In this document: positions 46,701 through 55,657 of the stretch, one piece after another | Numbering within the stretch: position 1 is the stretch's first letter | How the letters are laid out: every line of letters begins with the position of its first letter | Origin: Strigamia acuminata | Lineage: Eukaryota | Length of the DNA: 64,000 nucleotides | Direction: 5' to 3' | Assembly: GCA_949358305.1 (NCBI GenBank) | Contig: OX442314.1 | Span: 27,218,001 to 27,282,000, forward strand | Translations under genes and position numbers: made by a program | The notes under the pieces: generated by a model | Databases searched by the model: none | Told to the model about the DNA's origin: nothing | The model's input: only the letters and a program-made list of their open reading frames with translations

Positions 46701-49700
46701 TAAACACTTTCAGGCGAAGCATCCACCTCTCAAAATGTGAATAAATGCTAAATTATGTTTAAATAAGGGGACCACAACTTCAATTCGTTGGTTAAATGAA
46801 AGAATAGTAATTTTTATGCACCATGTATTGATATAACAACAAGATGTCTAACGGAATCTTGTGTGCAGAATGGAATGCGCAGTTTGAATTTAGCATCAAG
46901 ATACCAGACGCAAACTGTCGTTGTCAAAATTATTGGTTTGACATAAAATGTATTGCTTTTTGCGGAACCTTTAAAAAATCCAGATGTAATGGATCATTAC
47001 CATTTAATTATAGATGGTTAACAGAAGGTTGTTTCTGTTTTGTTATTGGTAATCATTATATAGTATTGATCTTCTATTGGAGAATGAAAAGGAGATTAGA
47101 TTACCTCTTGCTTTGAAGGTACCGACTAAACCCTAGATGGAATTTTTTCATTTTATTTTGTTTTTCTTTCAGAAAATGTGGATTCTAGAAGTCACTCAAT
47201 TGAAAAACGATACAACAGCATGAAACTGCAAGAAAGTCTTCCAAAAACACTTGCAGTTGAAGTGGTCAGTAGCCAGTCCAAAGTTTCAGTGACCGTCGAT
47301 GGAACTACGGTAATTATAATAATCAATTGTCACATCAGATAGTACAGAGTTTGCGGCAGGTACTTTTCCCTTATAAAAACCCCCGTTAAGCCTATAGGTA
47401 TAAATTGGTCCTCCTAAGCCTAAGCAAAAGGGGTCCGGTCATTTCGTTGTCATTTTGTCTGAACAAAATGCTTGTTATACTCTTGTTCGAATCAAGAGTC
47501 CTTTCTCCCATTGGCCGAGCCTCAGTACTCCTAACTCCAGACTGTAAACTACCACTAGGAGAAGTAGTTTTTATTTTTATTTATTTTTGACATTTTGTGA
47601 TTATTATGACTATTTAAATTGATATAATTTTGATTGTTTTTAATTATAAAATGATTTTTCCACGTATAAAATAAAGTTTTATGCATTTTTTAATTTCAAA
47701 CTTATGTTTCTTTTGTTTATTGATTGCTTTGCCAGGAAAGCAAACAATTTCCTAACAATAAATAATTGATTACAATTTTGGTGTTTGGGTTCATTTTTTT
47801 GGATCACTACGCCAGTAAAATGGCTCGGCCAATGGGAGAAAGGACTCTTTTGATTCGAACAAGAATATAGTTTGATTTTTCTTCACTCTCTCGCTTTGTG
47901 CGTCCCAGTCAAGGTGCGGCGAGTGCAAACTGAGCAAGGAACCTGGCCCTCTGCATTAACCATTCTGTTAGAAGCTAGAGTCAACCGAGGCGACGAAATG
48001 AACCGACCTCAAGCAAAATATGACTCAAAAAGGCTTAACCGTCTTTCTCCCTTTTAATAAACGTCTTTATTTAGATATTAGAGGATGCCGAAGACACAAA
48101 CGGAAGAGGCATTCACGTTTTAGTGTTAAACCAAGCGACCGGAAGCGTAATGGCGCAGAGAATGTTCGATACTTATTCACCACACGAAGACGAATCCATG
48201 GTTTTGTTCCTTAACATGGTCTCGGACGGCCGAATCATCATTTTTACCATAAAGGTAATTAAATTGACTGCGCAAATCCTTTTTGTTTGCTCAAAAAAGC
48301 GAATTCGATGCAGGATGAAGGCACATTCCAAATGAAACAATCGGCAAGAGACATGCTGCGACGACTCGGAAGCAAGAAAGCGAACTTGATTGGTTGGAGG
48401 GATATGTGGGCCATGGTGGCCCAGAAGGGAGGAAAGATGTTTGGAGAGTCGTACAGCAAATCTCCAGATGTGAACACGTGGGGAGGACCCTTGTTGCTCA
48501 AAGCCGAGGCACCGCTAGTGTCTGTTGAAGGTCTTTCTGAAAATAACCTTTTGTAAATGAAATGTAGTAGTTGCTGAAGCGAGTCTTCCGCGTTATTGAT
48601 GTGGATTAATTAAACTCTGCAGAGAGCGAGTGCGATTGGCCGGAGACGGAAGAGAACAGACGCCGGCGTGCATTTTGCAACCGTATTGAAGGGTATGGAA
48701 GCATATGCAGTTGCACGGATCCTGCGCCGCTCATATTCAATCCGCCGTCGGTAAGTTGAACTGTTTCTGCACGTAGGAAGCGCCAAAGCGGTTTGTTTTT
48801 AGTTTTGTTTGGCACCGTCGGGGCGGCCGTGCTTAGCTTCGCACAGTGGGTGCATTCATAAAGTTGTTTAAACTTGTTTGTGTTTATTTACACGTTAGAT
48901 TTTATATTTAGGCCGTTTAAAAGTTTAAAGGACTTTGTGAATGCGCGTATTGAGTAGTTTTGCACTGGGATTGCATTTTCACTAAAAATGTAGTTTTGTG
49001 GTCTAAAAGTGTCATATTTTTATCAAGAATGCAGTTTTTCACGTAGAATTAACATTTATGCACTTACGGTATGTAGGGCATTTTTGAGCAAATGGTTGCA
49101 GTTTGTCTAAAAGATTCTTTTTTGCACTTAAATATGCAGGTTTTTTCGGATTGGATTATTTTTGTATTTTTTTTTGAACATTTTTTTTCCTTGGCGTCAC
49201 AAAACTTTGCACCCCAGCCTGGGTTTCTTCACCTCGTATCTTGATGGTAAAAGCTAATTGACAAATCCCTGTCTGCATATAAATAAACGCTATTAATAGA
49301 TAAATTTTAGAAGTAATATCAGGTAACGGCACTGTTAACGCGTGTGCAATAAACAATTTTAAACTTGTGTTTTCATGTGCAAAAAATGGAATTCAAAAAG
49401 TCACTTAGACTATACTCAGAAACATCACAACGTTGTCCTAACTCCTATTGGTTGAGCCATCTCACTGGTGTAGTGGCACCAAAAAGTAGCCGATAACACC
49501 GAAATTGTAATCTAGCTAGGCAAAACAACCAGTAAAAAATTAAACATTTGTTTATCTGCCAAAAGAAACCAACAAACTATGCTAACATTGTTTGATTGAT
49601 TAAAAGGGGAAAAAGCTTGTTTAGCAAATAAAATAAACATTTTAGTATCAAATAAATAAAATCCATCATTCTAATCACTTTTTACATTAAAATACATTCA

Positions 49701-52700
49701 AAATATACAGGACTACTTTCCCATGTAGTAGAGCACAGTCCCTAGTTAGGCGTAAACCGGCTTATGGTGGGTTATGGTGGTTTTGAGTATTAAGAGCATT
49801 TTTAAAACGGCATATTTAAACTGTTTGAATTTTAATATTTGAATTTGGCATCAAGATATCGCACATAGACTGTTGCAACAGCGGAGTAAATAATCGCCTT
49901 GCCCTAATTAAAAGATGTGTGCAATAGACTTTTGGAAAAATTAGGTCAGGTGATACGATCATGTGATTGTAACAATGGTTGTCCCTCCCGCGCCCTCTAT
50001 GAGAAAAACCATTGCAAAATAACATTATTAATTTGTAGTTTTCTTATTGTGAGCGGAGCCAAACTGCATTATGTCATAATTTTCCAATGGTCTATTCCTC
50101 TTTAAGTTTTTGATAGTTTGGTCGTAAATGCACTAGTTGCATTATTCTCAACATTGCACTTCATGTTTGACATTATAAGATAATTTGCTGACGTACCTAT
50201 GTTTGAAAAAGTGAGGAAATAGTTTCACTGACAGCAATGGAACTGAATTGACAATCATCAATTGTTAATGTTGCTGGAAAAGGAAACGTTGTGGATCTTT
50301 GGAATCGAACCATAAAGTCTTTTGTTTGACGTCCTACTGCCAATTTTAATGAAACTTGGCTGTGTAAATATCTGAATTTGCTTTCATAAAAGTAAATTTA
50401 AACTTGGGACATCTTTTATCTACATTACTTATGTGCACTTAGTGAAATTCAAGTGATGAGAGCACTTAAACAATACATTTGTTTAAAGGGGACTACGGCC
50501 GGTTTAAGGGACGATCAAGTGGTGCAACCAACAGGGTGCCCTAAATTCAACGACTATACTCCGGCACACTATAAGAGTGTCCTTTCTTCCATTGGTCGAG
50601 CCATTTTACTGGTGTAGTGATACCAAAAAATACGAAAAAAAAATAGCACAGGGCGCTGATAGAGCTAGACAGAAAAGGTTGTTTCAATTGATTCAGAGCA
50701 ATAATTCTTTAATTGCAGATACCAAACGACAGAATTCATGACATTCCAGTGGCCATTATTGCAAGCAACAGACCTCACTATTTGTACCGGATGCTCTGTT
50801 CCTTACTCGCTGCCAATGGTGCAAATCCAAAAATGATCACGGTGTTCATTGATGGATATTTTGAAGAACCTTTGGAAGTGACACGCTTGTTTGGTCTTCG
50901 TGGAATCCAACATACTCCCATTGGGATCAAAAATGCCCGCATTTCCCAACATTACAAAGCGTCGCTTACCGCTACGTTTAACTTATATCCAGTAAACACA
51001 TACGTTAATAGACAGTCCAACTCTGTTATAGCTTAGGTTAGGTTAGATAGGGTGACCAAAATTGCGCAAAAAATTACAAATTTTGCTAGTAATTATGAAG
51101 CAAAATTAAAATTATGACTTTTGTGATAATAAAAGTCGAATTAAATGCAAAAAACGATGAAAAACCTACAAAAACACGCGATAAAAGGCCCAAAAATTCT
51201 TAACAACCGCGTGGTGGACTAGTAAAAATTAGACTCGGGTTTGGCTCTTCGTAGCCTTTATATAGTGGTCATACCCCTGGTGTTTTTTCTTTAAAAGTAC
51301 TATTTATATATTTAAAAATTAGACAAGCCCTAAGTGACTGTCCACCACCGACCCGCCGCGATATAAAATTATTTGCGCCGGTTTGAAGTTGGTGGCATGC
51401 TTAAATTTGATCAACAATTCGTGCGTCTCCATCTATATGCGATTTAAGTTAAATCGCAATAATCGCAATATCGCATATTGCGATATATCGCAAACGACAG
51501 CTACTGACTAAAGTAGCTGCGATATTCACCGAAAAAAATCGCATTGCGATTAATCGCAAATTCGCACAGGCTTAATTTTTAAAAATCGGAACATTTTTGC
51601 ATCCCGAGGAAGTTTTTCAGGACGTCCTGCATTAGAATGCCACGTTAGCTTCTCCTGGCGGCAGGCGTTGCAAATTTTCTGCAACTTTTTGCTTAGATCA
51701 TTTACGCTGTAACGGGTTGGACTGTATGCATTTATTTTTATTTTTTATATTTTTTTATTTTTAACTTATTTTATTTTTTTCAAATAAGGAAGCAAAATAT
51801 GTCATCATCATTGAAGAAGATCTGGATATTTCCCCTGATTTTTTCAGTTACTTCAGTCAGACACTTCGTTTATTTGAAGAGGATCCCTCAGTTTATTGTG
51901 TTTCTGCTTGGAATGACCAAGTAAATGAACAGTTTATTCTTCAAATTAATCCTATTATCATTACTTTGTGCGGTGATTTTAATCCTGTGGTCTGGGTTCA
52001 TTGGCGCAATTAAAAAACCGCACAAATGTTGTCCGCTCAAATGGCAACATTTACCACGACATGCTGGAAAAGTTGCCATTAGCCGCGCAAGAAAAAATCC
52101 CCCTCATGATTATTCCTAACATTTGTTTGAAATTTTACTTTTTATACGCATATTTGATTTTATTATCAATTTTGGCATTTCAAGGGTCTTTATCCTCCTG
52201 TCTAATGAGGCCTTTAAGACCACTTCAATGTGGTACATTCTCAGAGCTTTGAATGAATTTATTGGTGAAAATGCATTGATTTGAAAATGGCTATCTACTA
52301 AAAAAAAAAGTGGTGCTTCTACCACTTAGCAGTTGGAACGTTACTCTAATAACGTAACATTTTCGAGATAAAGGTTTGACGACATCGATGCAATGATGTC
52401 ACGACTTTGAAACATTTTATATTGAATTTTCCAAAAATCATGTAAAAAATGCGCCATTAATTAGTTGCACACTATTTATTCTTTATTTTTCACTAAAAGT
52501 GATTTTATTCCACACATGGAACGTAACAAAATTTGAAACCTTCCTCTCTCCCCGTTACGTAATTTATGGACGGGCCCCATATGTCTGCATTTTCTAATCT
52601 TATACTTCATACAAGAAAATAGACACGTGAAATGCCAAAATTCATAATATTAGTTTGTTTTTTAATCAGTAAATGCGTGCAAATTTGACACTTGTCCAAA

Positions 52701-54891
52701 ACATATCTAGAAACACCTGTTAATGGTTAGACGTCTTTGTACTCTCTTCTCCTCAGAGTTTGAATAAATAAATAAACAAGTCTGTGTTGATAGGGCTATG
52801 AACATACCAGCGAAGATCCGGCTCTTTTGTACAGAGTTGAAACCATGCCAGGTTTGGGTTGGATTTTAAAGAAGTCGTTGTACAAAGAAGAATTGGAGAT
52901 GAAATGGCCCAGTCCGGAGAAACTATGGGACTGGGACATGTGGATGAGACTGCCTGAAGTGAGGCACGATCGTGAGTGCATCGTTCCCGATATATCGCGT
53001 ACTTACCATTTCGGCTCATCCGGTCTCAACATGAATTCGTACTTCCAAGATATTTATTTTAAAAAGCATTCCGTCAATACACAAGCGAATATTCAACTGG
53101 CAAATATTGACAGGTAGGAATTTGCAGTGGTGTAACTACTATTATGCAGGCCACAGCACTGTTTAAGGGACCCAAAGACGATTAAATTGGGGATCCGTAA
53201 TATGCGCGATATTCATTAGTGCGAAAATGGCGGCTGTTTCCATTTGGGAAAGTCTCGCCAACCAGACGTGAATCGACGAGAGTTGGAGTCGATAGTGATT
53301 GGTTGGCTGCAATACCTTTCCTTGCATTGCGTCGCTTACTTCAACCAGGAGTTGAAGCAGGAATTGGCGTCAACGTCAAGAATTTTTAGACGCAAGCTGC
53401 TTGCGTTGCGTCATTTTTCTTGCGTTACGTCTAGTGTGAACACAAGTGTGAAGCTTGCTTAATAGTGAAAATAACTATTTTTGAAAGAAAAAATTATATT
53501 TTTTGTTTCACTTACTTGAGGGCAGTCTGGTCAATGTTGCTGTTTAGTGGCATGCACGTCAATGTGATGGGGGTCGAAATTGAAGTTACACCACTGGAAA
53601 CTTTGAATTGTTTTTTTGCCACTTTATTTTTTATTGTTTTTGTAATTTAGTGTTAAAAAAGACAACTACGAGCGCTTGATCGAAGACCTAATGAGCAGAG
53701 TTATAGTATTAGATCACAGCAAATCCCCATGTGAAGACAGTTTTTTACCAGACACCAAAGTGAGTTTGGTGCAACAAAATAAAATCAATTAGTCAATAAA
53801 AGCAGTAAGTTAATTTTCTTGTCGTTTAGGGGGAAGTGTACATTATGTTTATCAAGATGGACAACCCAAAGGATTTCACCACTTGGCTTCAAGTTGCCAA
53901 AGTATAAACAAAAATTATCACTTCAACATCTCAGCGATTAAATGCCAAGTTCGCTATAATAGAAAAAACTTTGCTATAAATAGAAATTCTAATAATTAGA
54001 AATTATATGCGTTAAAATTGGTGAAGAAAAATCTGCTTAAATGTATTTAGTTGATTATCTTGTTTTTTCTTCAGGATATGATGCGGAAAATTAATAAACG
54101 CCCTGGCGTTTATTTGAGGCAGTACGGTATTTTATTTATTTGTATTCATTGAAGCAAACTTTTAGTACTGTATATCTGTAAATAGCGCACCCGTGCGCTA
54201 TTAGAAAAAAAAATTTGGCCCGCGCGGTATTAGAGGCCCGCAGACTATTAAAACCCTGAACGTATCGGCAACAAAAAAACACCTAAAAGTGTGACAATTG
54301 AAACGTTTTCCATACGTTTCGGTAATTTTCTGCCGAAACGTATGCAAAACGTGTCATTTGTCATATTTGTTTGGCACACTTCGGGCCTCCAATTGTGTGT
54401 ACCCGCGCACAATTCAAGGCCCGCGCGTTATTGGCAATATACGGTATTTGCTTAACCAATTTGAACGCATTTATTGTAAAAAGTATTGGTATTAATACAC
54501 ATCTTTTGCTAATAGCTTACATGGAACTGGCTTTTTATCGCAAATTTCTGATTTTGAATAGATAATTGATTGAGTTTTGTTTTAGTGTTTTCATATTTGG
54601 GATTTGGATGCCAGGGGATACCACAAAAGTATGTGGCGGCTTTTTATGAAACACAACCAACTTCTAGTCGTCGGAGTGCCAAATTCACCATATTCGTAAG
54701 TTCTTATTACTGCTCAAAAATGAATATTTAAAAATAAAAAAATTGCCTGACTTGATATGAAAAAATTGATTGACCAATTTTTCTATTCAATTTTTTTGAC
54801 ATTTTATTTGAACAGAAAATTCAAACCAGCCAAGGTTATTCCAATTTACCTGGATCCATCAACAGAAAAAAACAGGAGCAAAATCCGGTAG
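22564..54891 (+). CDS. POMGNT1: Protein O-linked-mannose beta-1,2-N-acetylglucosaminyltransferase 1 orthologue, 13 coding exons, 662 aa
   Basis: Manual splicing with GT-AG introns and consistent phases. Exons: 22564-22701, 45685-45781, 47173-47309, 48075-48254, 48314-48530, 48623-48750, 50719-50991, 51789-51920, 52794-53113, 53651-53759, 53830-53901, 54586-54695, 54816-54891 (1989 nt including stop). The translation follows vertebrate POMGNT1 from memory: MEKWAPS..PF N-tail, [10 protein letters not shown], stem [66 protein letters not shown]. Confidence 0.95.
24270..25448 (-). repeat. 3' LTR (1179 bp)
   Basis: Direct repeat of 36254-37432; one substitution seen (24928 a vs 36912 g). Preceded by the PPT. 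AATAAA on the - strand at 24501-24496. Confidence 0.97.
25449..25457 (-). other. Polypurine tract
   Basis: GGGGGGAAG directly abutting the TG of the 3' LTR on the - strand. Confidence 0.88.
25697..28372 (-). CDS. Large accessory ORF3 of the retrotransposon (891 aa), unknown function, not env-like
   Basis: Uninterrupted 2.7-kb ORF between pol and the PPT, with GC-rich coding composition and AT-rich flanks. No signal peptide or TM segment. Acceptor TTTCTGTAG 6 nt before the ATG. Confidence 0.85.
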   Translation of the reverse strand: MAINQPYALPDYVPMVTGIFRGELSAEVRRLRQLGQTWEDVRQEFSNAIAAHWGCRCRICGRLMVADPVSWNLRIDPPSPLRSRLLFGWLFPTPEEDTDFYGFFRIAHAKRNDYLDAIWEKLQARKDEVMRKLQEEQAWWADRHKHYDLADLASSQYEMHILGMAGHFGHARARFRDWERQRDAYHDQERNDKRERSNSVASNEPRAKMTCGNHHNTASRAVDNVLEARVSRWDAACRYPGGVDPYAARPGTRPDLLRANGRLKHRAGRQNREKLERERLALMPPPPKDDELPGRWDREVEEHSMQVTLRKKAALEQQQADWDACFQSPDAEEPTIGSNETLMLNTPTSVSALEGGSSAEVHIVDRSYRISPPTMADNTACEWKSLPNTQNSNDQANHRPIEGPIPVECREYTDSINPDPSLPEPRLPTRKFGMVSQVLKKGFDQHYDAMWQGFCEAPLETQEIELSDMDLYQIAQVTESLKGSRRVAGLLNRMEPTGPDDPRLNELQRQLVPSYRRILFPGVFDSPRPGFAATTYLRTAAMAVKPELLECWRSIQLDPPTMCSDLMRQVAVIGENPAASAIRLRREWDMRKITFQQELKTIRPAGMPPRDQTSKRKMPEATYTPTAAAIESHAVAQTTTEPSNSHVAMEIENFDDPRPGPSRGRATTSSSTTFFTHVENANLGARPKTRPKPRGALILRPGGRSCYVKRPDESAAAPNPPTPPRSVHSPIRAPTPSPGKDDPKMQIQPAAGAAETKKQESSPIYIKLRRTYPRLEMHPHTRILLKHNVELCHHVFNWLERKIRQKRPWMLHQRLIRARRRPSNPQEFYEMAFGDDALSRLIRSVWIHVNPGLSSGPNTGQPFINVNESGNPLSDETDMMSIDLPSPKTPE
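28652..28966 (-). CDS. Small accessory ORF of the retrotransposon (104 aa; more likely 89 aa from ATG 28921)
   Basis: Sense to the element and directly after pol. Acidic N-terminus then charged amphipathic helices. CAG acceptor 4 nt before ATCATGG at 28921. Confidence 0.55.
   Translation of the reverse strand: MIRFVMKNKRPIHRIMAEGGEGPPNIDSDSEPERNLVMNPPDEMLNEDFDLQNQVNIAIEKIKKAVEMLKSADKRVYNQARRTLEKYRKFVKTESDRIESMLNE
29135..33562 (-). CDS. pol: Pol polyprotein (PR-RT-RNaseH-IN), probably expressed as Gag-Pol by -1 frameshift
   Basis: Protease [38 protein letters not shown]. RNase H TDAS/ELE/TDH/ADALSR. Integrase [23 protein letters not shown] and GPF motif. Confidence 0.97.
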   Translation of the reverse strand: MSAGLAANTLKLAPVASETIKEIDADVCPKIEVTHDYREPLDKNYLDYWDSVDKKHLMVAQFKPCDLKFPKVDLTKLNEVLAEKTADKRYFQYHVRKALQCYPKPSKNWMDKLWEKFRPKSKEVDEIEEMTRAMERVVLSYNDEMDELPIDYPALEHRIRRVTCNLNMEDFTGIPKIQLQTMKGPITGLLDSGANRSFMAASVMENLKLEKELQYISPSLCIGTAGKDIQPVGTLLLSFRWTHGVLVHPFIVIEHRFPMILLGNDFMKRLSIQPNPKTMSWNFITPLTETLPYIPQSVLDRYKTKIEELPPDNATFVCHEGILAGAATLKMGDDITKMVNDANLTLEQGLSLAEVLKRRQRILSRVPGRTHIVQHDIKLTTDKPIRVPFKSYNPQKREIIRQICQDMVDKGIAVPATGDYAMRIVLVVKPGAEPRLCVDYRPLNEHTEYDPPQMPTIEEILREIGSFEWVTTIDLTKGYWQIGLTPSAQPKTAFWSPIGRLMFLVMAFGLKNAPTSFQRLIEKVLDEMYRRQAWAYLDDIITVSKTYEEHLINVDKILGKLEQANLCVNPDKSKFCRKELIFLGYKLGTGGLAVDPKKLDAITKFPTPTNLKELQRFLGMVNFFHRLLKNLSVMAEPLRPLLKKDMDFNWQPSHQEAFEKIKKALTDSGTMAMPDLYRPFIIHTDASRQGLGAALMQIQPEKGGQEELPCVYSSRSLQPAEVNYTATELECLAVVWALRKYRPYIEFTKFTVQTDHQALKWLMSLEEPAGRLARWQLELMAYTFEIQYIKGPLNVLADALSRAPVCTPEEDNEDGEDDDLLAYCPSPYRHWKLGGPNQLPTSEVVEDERIINFWSHAYDPPNIESDEKIHLMMTQEFEFPSSNVLVHAFAANVVKKLECEPPTREEIIVGQKQDKECQKIRNFLLNGCYPPELKHATSKRRFKRKASAYLIEEDLLLKFHPTLTDELGENGRALKVVVPKNLVYRVIWTAHGHPLSGHSGITRTMYRARRIYAWPTMKRDITRFIKHCQRCQACKPRQKLEIEAAQMGPYAPFDCLSADLMGPKPKTPRGNTHILVIIDVATKWPEMRPMSKPTSAKIADCIYNLSLQFGFPRKILSDNGSQFRSQVYQKFCEKFKMLPAYTSPYHPQANPVERTNRDIKYLIALYTDVHTRWDEYLREFAFSLRTTVAAGREFSPAYLNFGRELRVPWDPRLPDEVLVVDQKNPHVYIHQLEKVLASTYQHMMSHVFDLQKRVQDHQSEKKFDNFKVNDLVWKNSHVLSSAVKGISAGIADRRTGPFAIIRAHQGNAFELKRLEDNAKFPSIHASELTPYFPQFTQEIWRRGEVVGQPTENKINTLFEDEVKTLPSLPNSDDEVEHVAVSFENIQIAQDDLQTTLEPATKPKKAKQRSMLHPVVSRNTELDKNDEKSAKKYNMRSRKSPKRRITSRFCAERGRQDSTLVSDGDIMMSHHSKNSN
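33515..33571 (-). promoter_or_regulatory. -1 programmed ribosomal frameshift signal (A AAA AAC plus stem-loop/pseudoknot)
   Basis: Heptamer at 33571-33565 in the gag frame, 6-nt spacer containing the gag stop, then stem GCGCGGGUUU/AAACUCGCGC. Pol lies in the -1 frame. Confidence 0.85.
33559..36162 (-). CDS. gag: Gag polyprotein (867 aa): long coiled-coil/RS-rich N-terminus, capsid-like core, CCHC zinc knuckle
   Basis: First ORF after the PBS. C-terminal [14 protein letters not shown] knuckle; capsid-like segment [29 protein letters not shown]. Confidence 0.93.
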   Translation of the reverse strand: MSNSEGEIPIDDEGVQTRTKTGAKRRRSGRPRTARNSLTAQHVAETIDAVAAESATTKEVGTGGEEREEAISAGPTNWGDSSMDLDNIEIPDTQPVGYKELLDRAILQGVQVTDQMTIMEIYEAMSTHERKRLVDHMNEQMAAVTRKMNSASQAKEAAEKSNQALREINAQYRHSEEKLKKQSDELERQRMEFDARKKHLSKKETEVFKREQEIAWDSIKQQESSNKELRRQMAAADKKAQETEDELRRAKLLKEQEEFEEEQERIRVAEFASQQKGPAAKVKKKVVRLEDSATDESSQTSSEDERQSRKRRCSDAEGPTSKKNGASDAEIFTNSDKLMTMMDERNRMKIQNDSHRPNDNYDQSGSRSASPDPEDRDKGDERQKYDNVPPPRGSKDESLSEGEKSTRSETRKERKSRSRTRSRRSQSSDERYYTAEQIDAMFQKQAQSASRTTRLAELRKFDLKRKIAKYTTDKWRHKIADVKTIRWDRLVPDRFNGEFQMGSTFLEEITRMARLNGITPQDTLEKLVPKSLVARAENWFVEREFVHWNQFVEAFMREYAEPTEDIYQLWDNLAQSAGEDIRSYLRRTEDLLSSLPTPSTDHDVDRKFRKAMTPYSRSILQNVDAPPVGSFKELSQFLRDNDLRIEEKYNEYLTPEETAAIKKRQLRIKEYVKEARLGQAPLMQPRDRGDYFAEKTDKTTSAGPPNPHKLPKNSRAYANLALSEDSTDVVEDDDPGLDPLVENAIVLLAKHVTENKFRPKMVGKNVTFNTANLNTDARSKSPLPLPIKPEVIPDTEKESATDKKAVEPRSKSPTSGNGPRRKSPETDPCHRCGKLGHWSNQCPDRSPVAAEIEGLVSKLGELLRKNL
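36234..36251 (-). other. Primer-binding site, tRNA-Pro-like
   Basis: TGAGGGCCCGTCCGGGAT, 2 nt after the 5' LTR. Matches the canonical tRNA-Pro PBS TGGGGGCTCGTCCGGGAT at 16/18 positions. Confidence 0.85.
36254..37432 (-). repeat. 5' LTR (1179 bp)
   Basis: Direct repeat of 24270-25448, with 7-bp terminal inverted repeats. Followed on the - strand by the PBS. Confidence 0.97.
38117..38276. mobile_element. Near-perfect palindromic MITE (160 bp), ANT-TSD family
   Basis: AGT|AGGTGCATTCAATAAGTCTAAAACG...CGTTTTAGACTTATTGAATGCACCT|AGT; almost a full-length hairpin. Confidence 0.85.
38679..39043. mobile_element. TA-flanked CCGTA-type (Tc1/mariner-pogo-like) MITE
   Basis: Perfect 25-bp TIR CCGTATAACCTCGGGTATAAGCCGA, TA on both sides, internal 31-bp tandem repeat. 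Confidence 0.85.
39054..39442. mobile_element. MITE, ANT-TSD family
   Basis: AAT|AAGTCTGTTCAATCTTAA...TTAAGATTGAACGCACTT|AAT. Confidence 0.7.
40660..41119 (+). mobile_element. Truncated Ty1/copia remnant: RNase H C-terminus, PPT and short 3' LTR
   Basis: [35 protein letters not shown] is the copia RNase H motif. GAAGGGG PPT at about 40885. Putative LTR TGTTAA (40897)...TTAACA (41119). Confidence 0.8.
45047..45221. mobile_element. Short fold-back MITE
   Basis: About 42-bp perfect inverted repeat AACTCTATTCCAAAAAGTATTACAAATACTCCCATTGGTTGG. Confidence 0.75.
46162..46652. mobile_element. MITE with TIR AGAG..TTTGCGGGATGCATTTTTCCC
   Basis: Inverted match to GGGAAAAATGCATCCCGCAAAAACTCT; degenerate internal copy at about 46545-46570. 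Confidence 0.6.
47478..47867. mobile_element. TACTC/CCAAT-type MITE (related pieces at about 43755-44170, 44800-44873, 49412-49790, 50555-50630)
   Basis: TA|TACTCTTGTTCGAATCAAGAGTCCTTTCTCCCATTGGCCGAGCC ... GGCTCGGCCAATGGGAGAAAGGACTCTTTTGATTCGAACAAGAATA|TA. Confidence 0.75.
49926..50093. mobile_element. Small MITE, second copy at about 39448-39566
   Basis: AGACTTTTGGAAAA...TTTTCCAATGGTCT; internal GGTCAGGTGATACGATCATG and AAACTGCATTATGTCATAATTTTCCA are shared between the two copies. Confidence 0.65.
54168..54444. mobile_element. TA-flanked CCGTA-type MITE
   Basis: TA|CTGTATAT...ATATACGG|TA with repeated CCCGCGC(G)TAT subterminal motifs. Confidence 0.55.
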
Positions 54892-55185
54892 CTAACGGAA
54901 GAGAAACTGACATTTTAAAATTGTGTTGTGAACTAATGGGGGCACTTGTACAAGAAGCTGGCAATGGTCTAAAGGAGAAGCAGTGTATAAAATTAGAGTA
55001 TGAATAATCACGAATAATGCAAATTTAGGAGACGAAGAAGTAGATTTTAGAATGCGCAACAATACCAATGCAAATATAAGGTGCCTATTTGTAGTTGATT
55101 TATACAAGAAACATATAATGTTGAAGTTAACTTTACACTTTACACTGTATCTCTCATTCATTTTCTGTATAATTTTTGTGATAAT

Positions 55186-55300
55186 CAGTCGCGGATCTAT
55201 AATTTGCAACGGAGGGGCCCCGGAGCCAAAGATGTTGATGTTTGATTGACATTTGTGGCATTTTAGATCTAAAACAATGGAGAATGAAGATCCGCGCCTG
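55186..55300. mobile_element. hAT-like MITE in the POMGNT1 3' UTR
   Basis: CAGTCGCGGATCT...AGATCCGCGCCTG; 8-bp TSD GTGATAAT/GTGATATT. Confidence 0.7.
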
Positions 55301-55657
55301 GTGATATTTGTGGCATTTTTGGTTGTGTTTATACAACTATTATTTTGAGATTAATAAGTCAAGTGGAGGCGATTGTTTGCACGTGGGTAAACCAATTAAA
55401 ATGGTTTATTGCATTGTGCAGTTTTGTTTTTGGATATTTAGTCATGTTTATTTTGTATTGGCAACTTAATTTTTGTTTAAGGTTGTGTGAATGTGTTTTC
55501 TTTGACTTTGATTTACTTTTAGACATTAATGTAAGATGCATTAAAAGTAAAAAAAAAAAATATTAAGAATTGATATTGTTAGTGATTATTGCTGCATTGA
55601 GGTATGAGAATTGTACGACTGATAGTTAGTTTAGGATTTTAAGCCAACGTTTATTTA

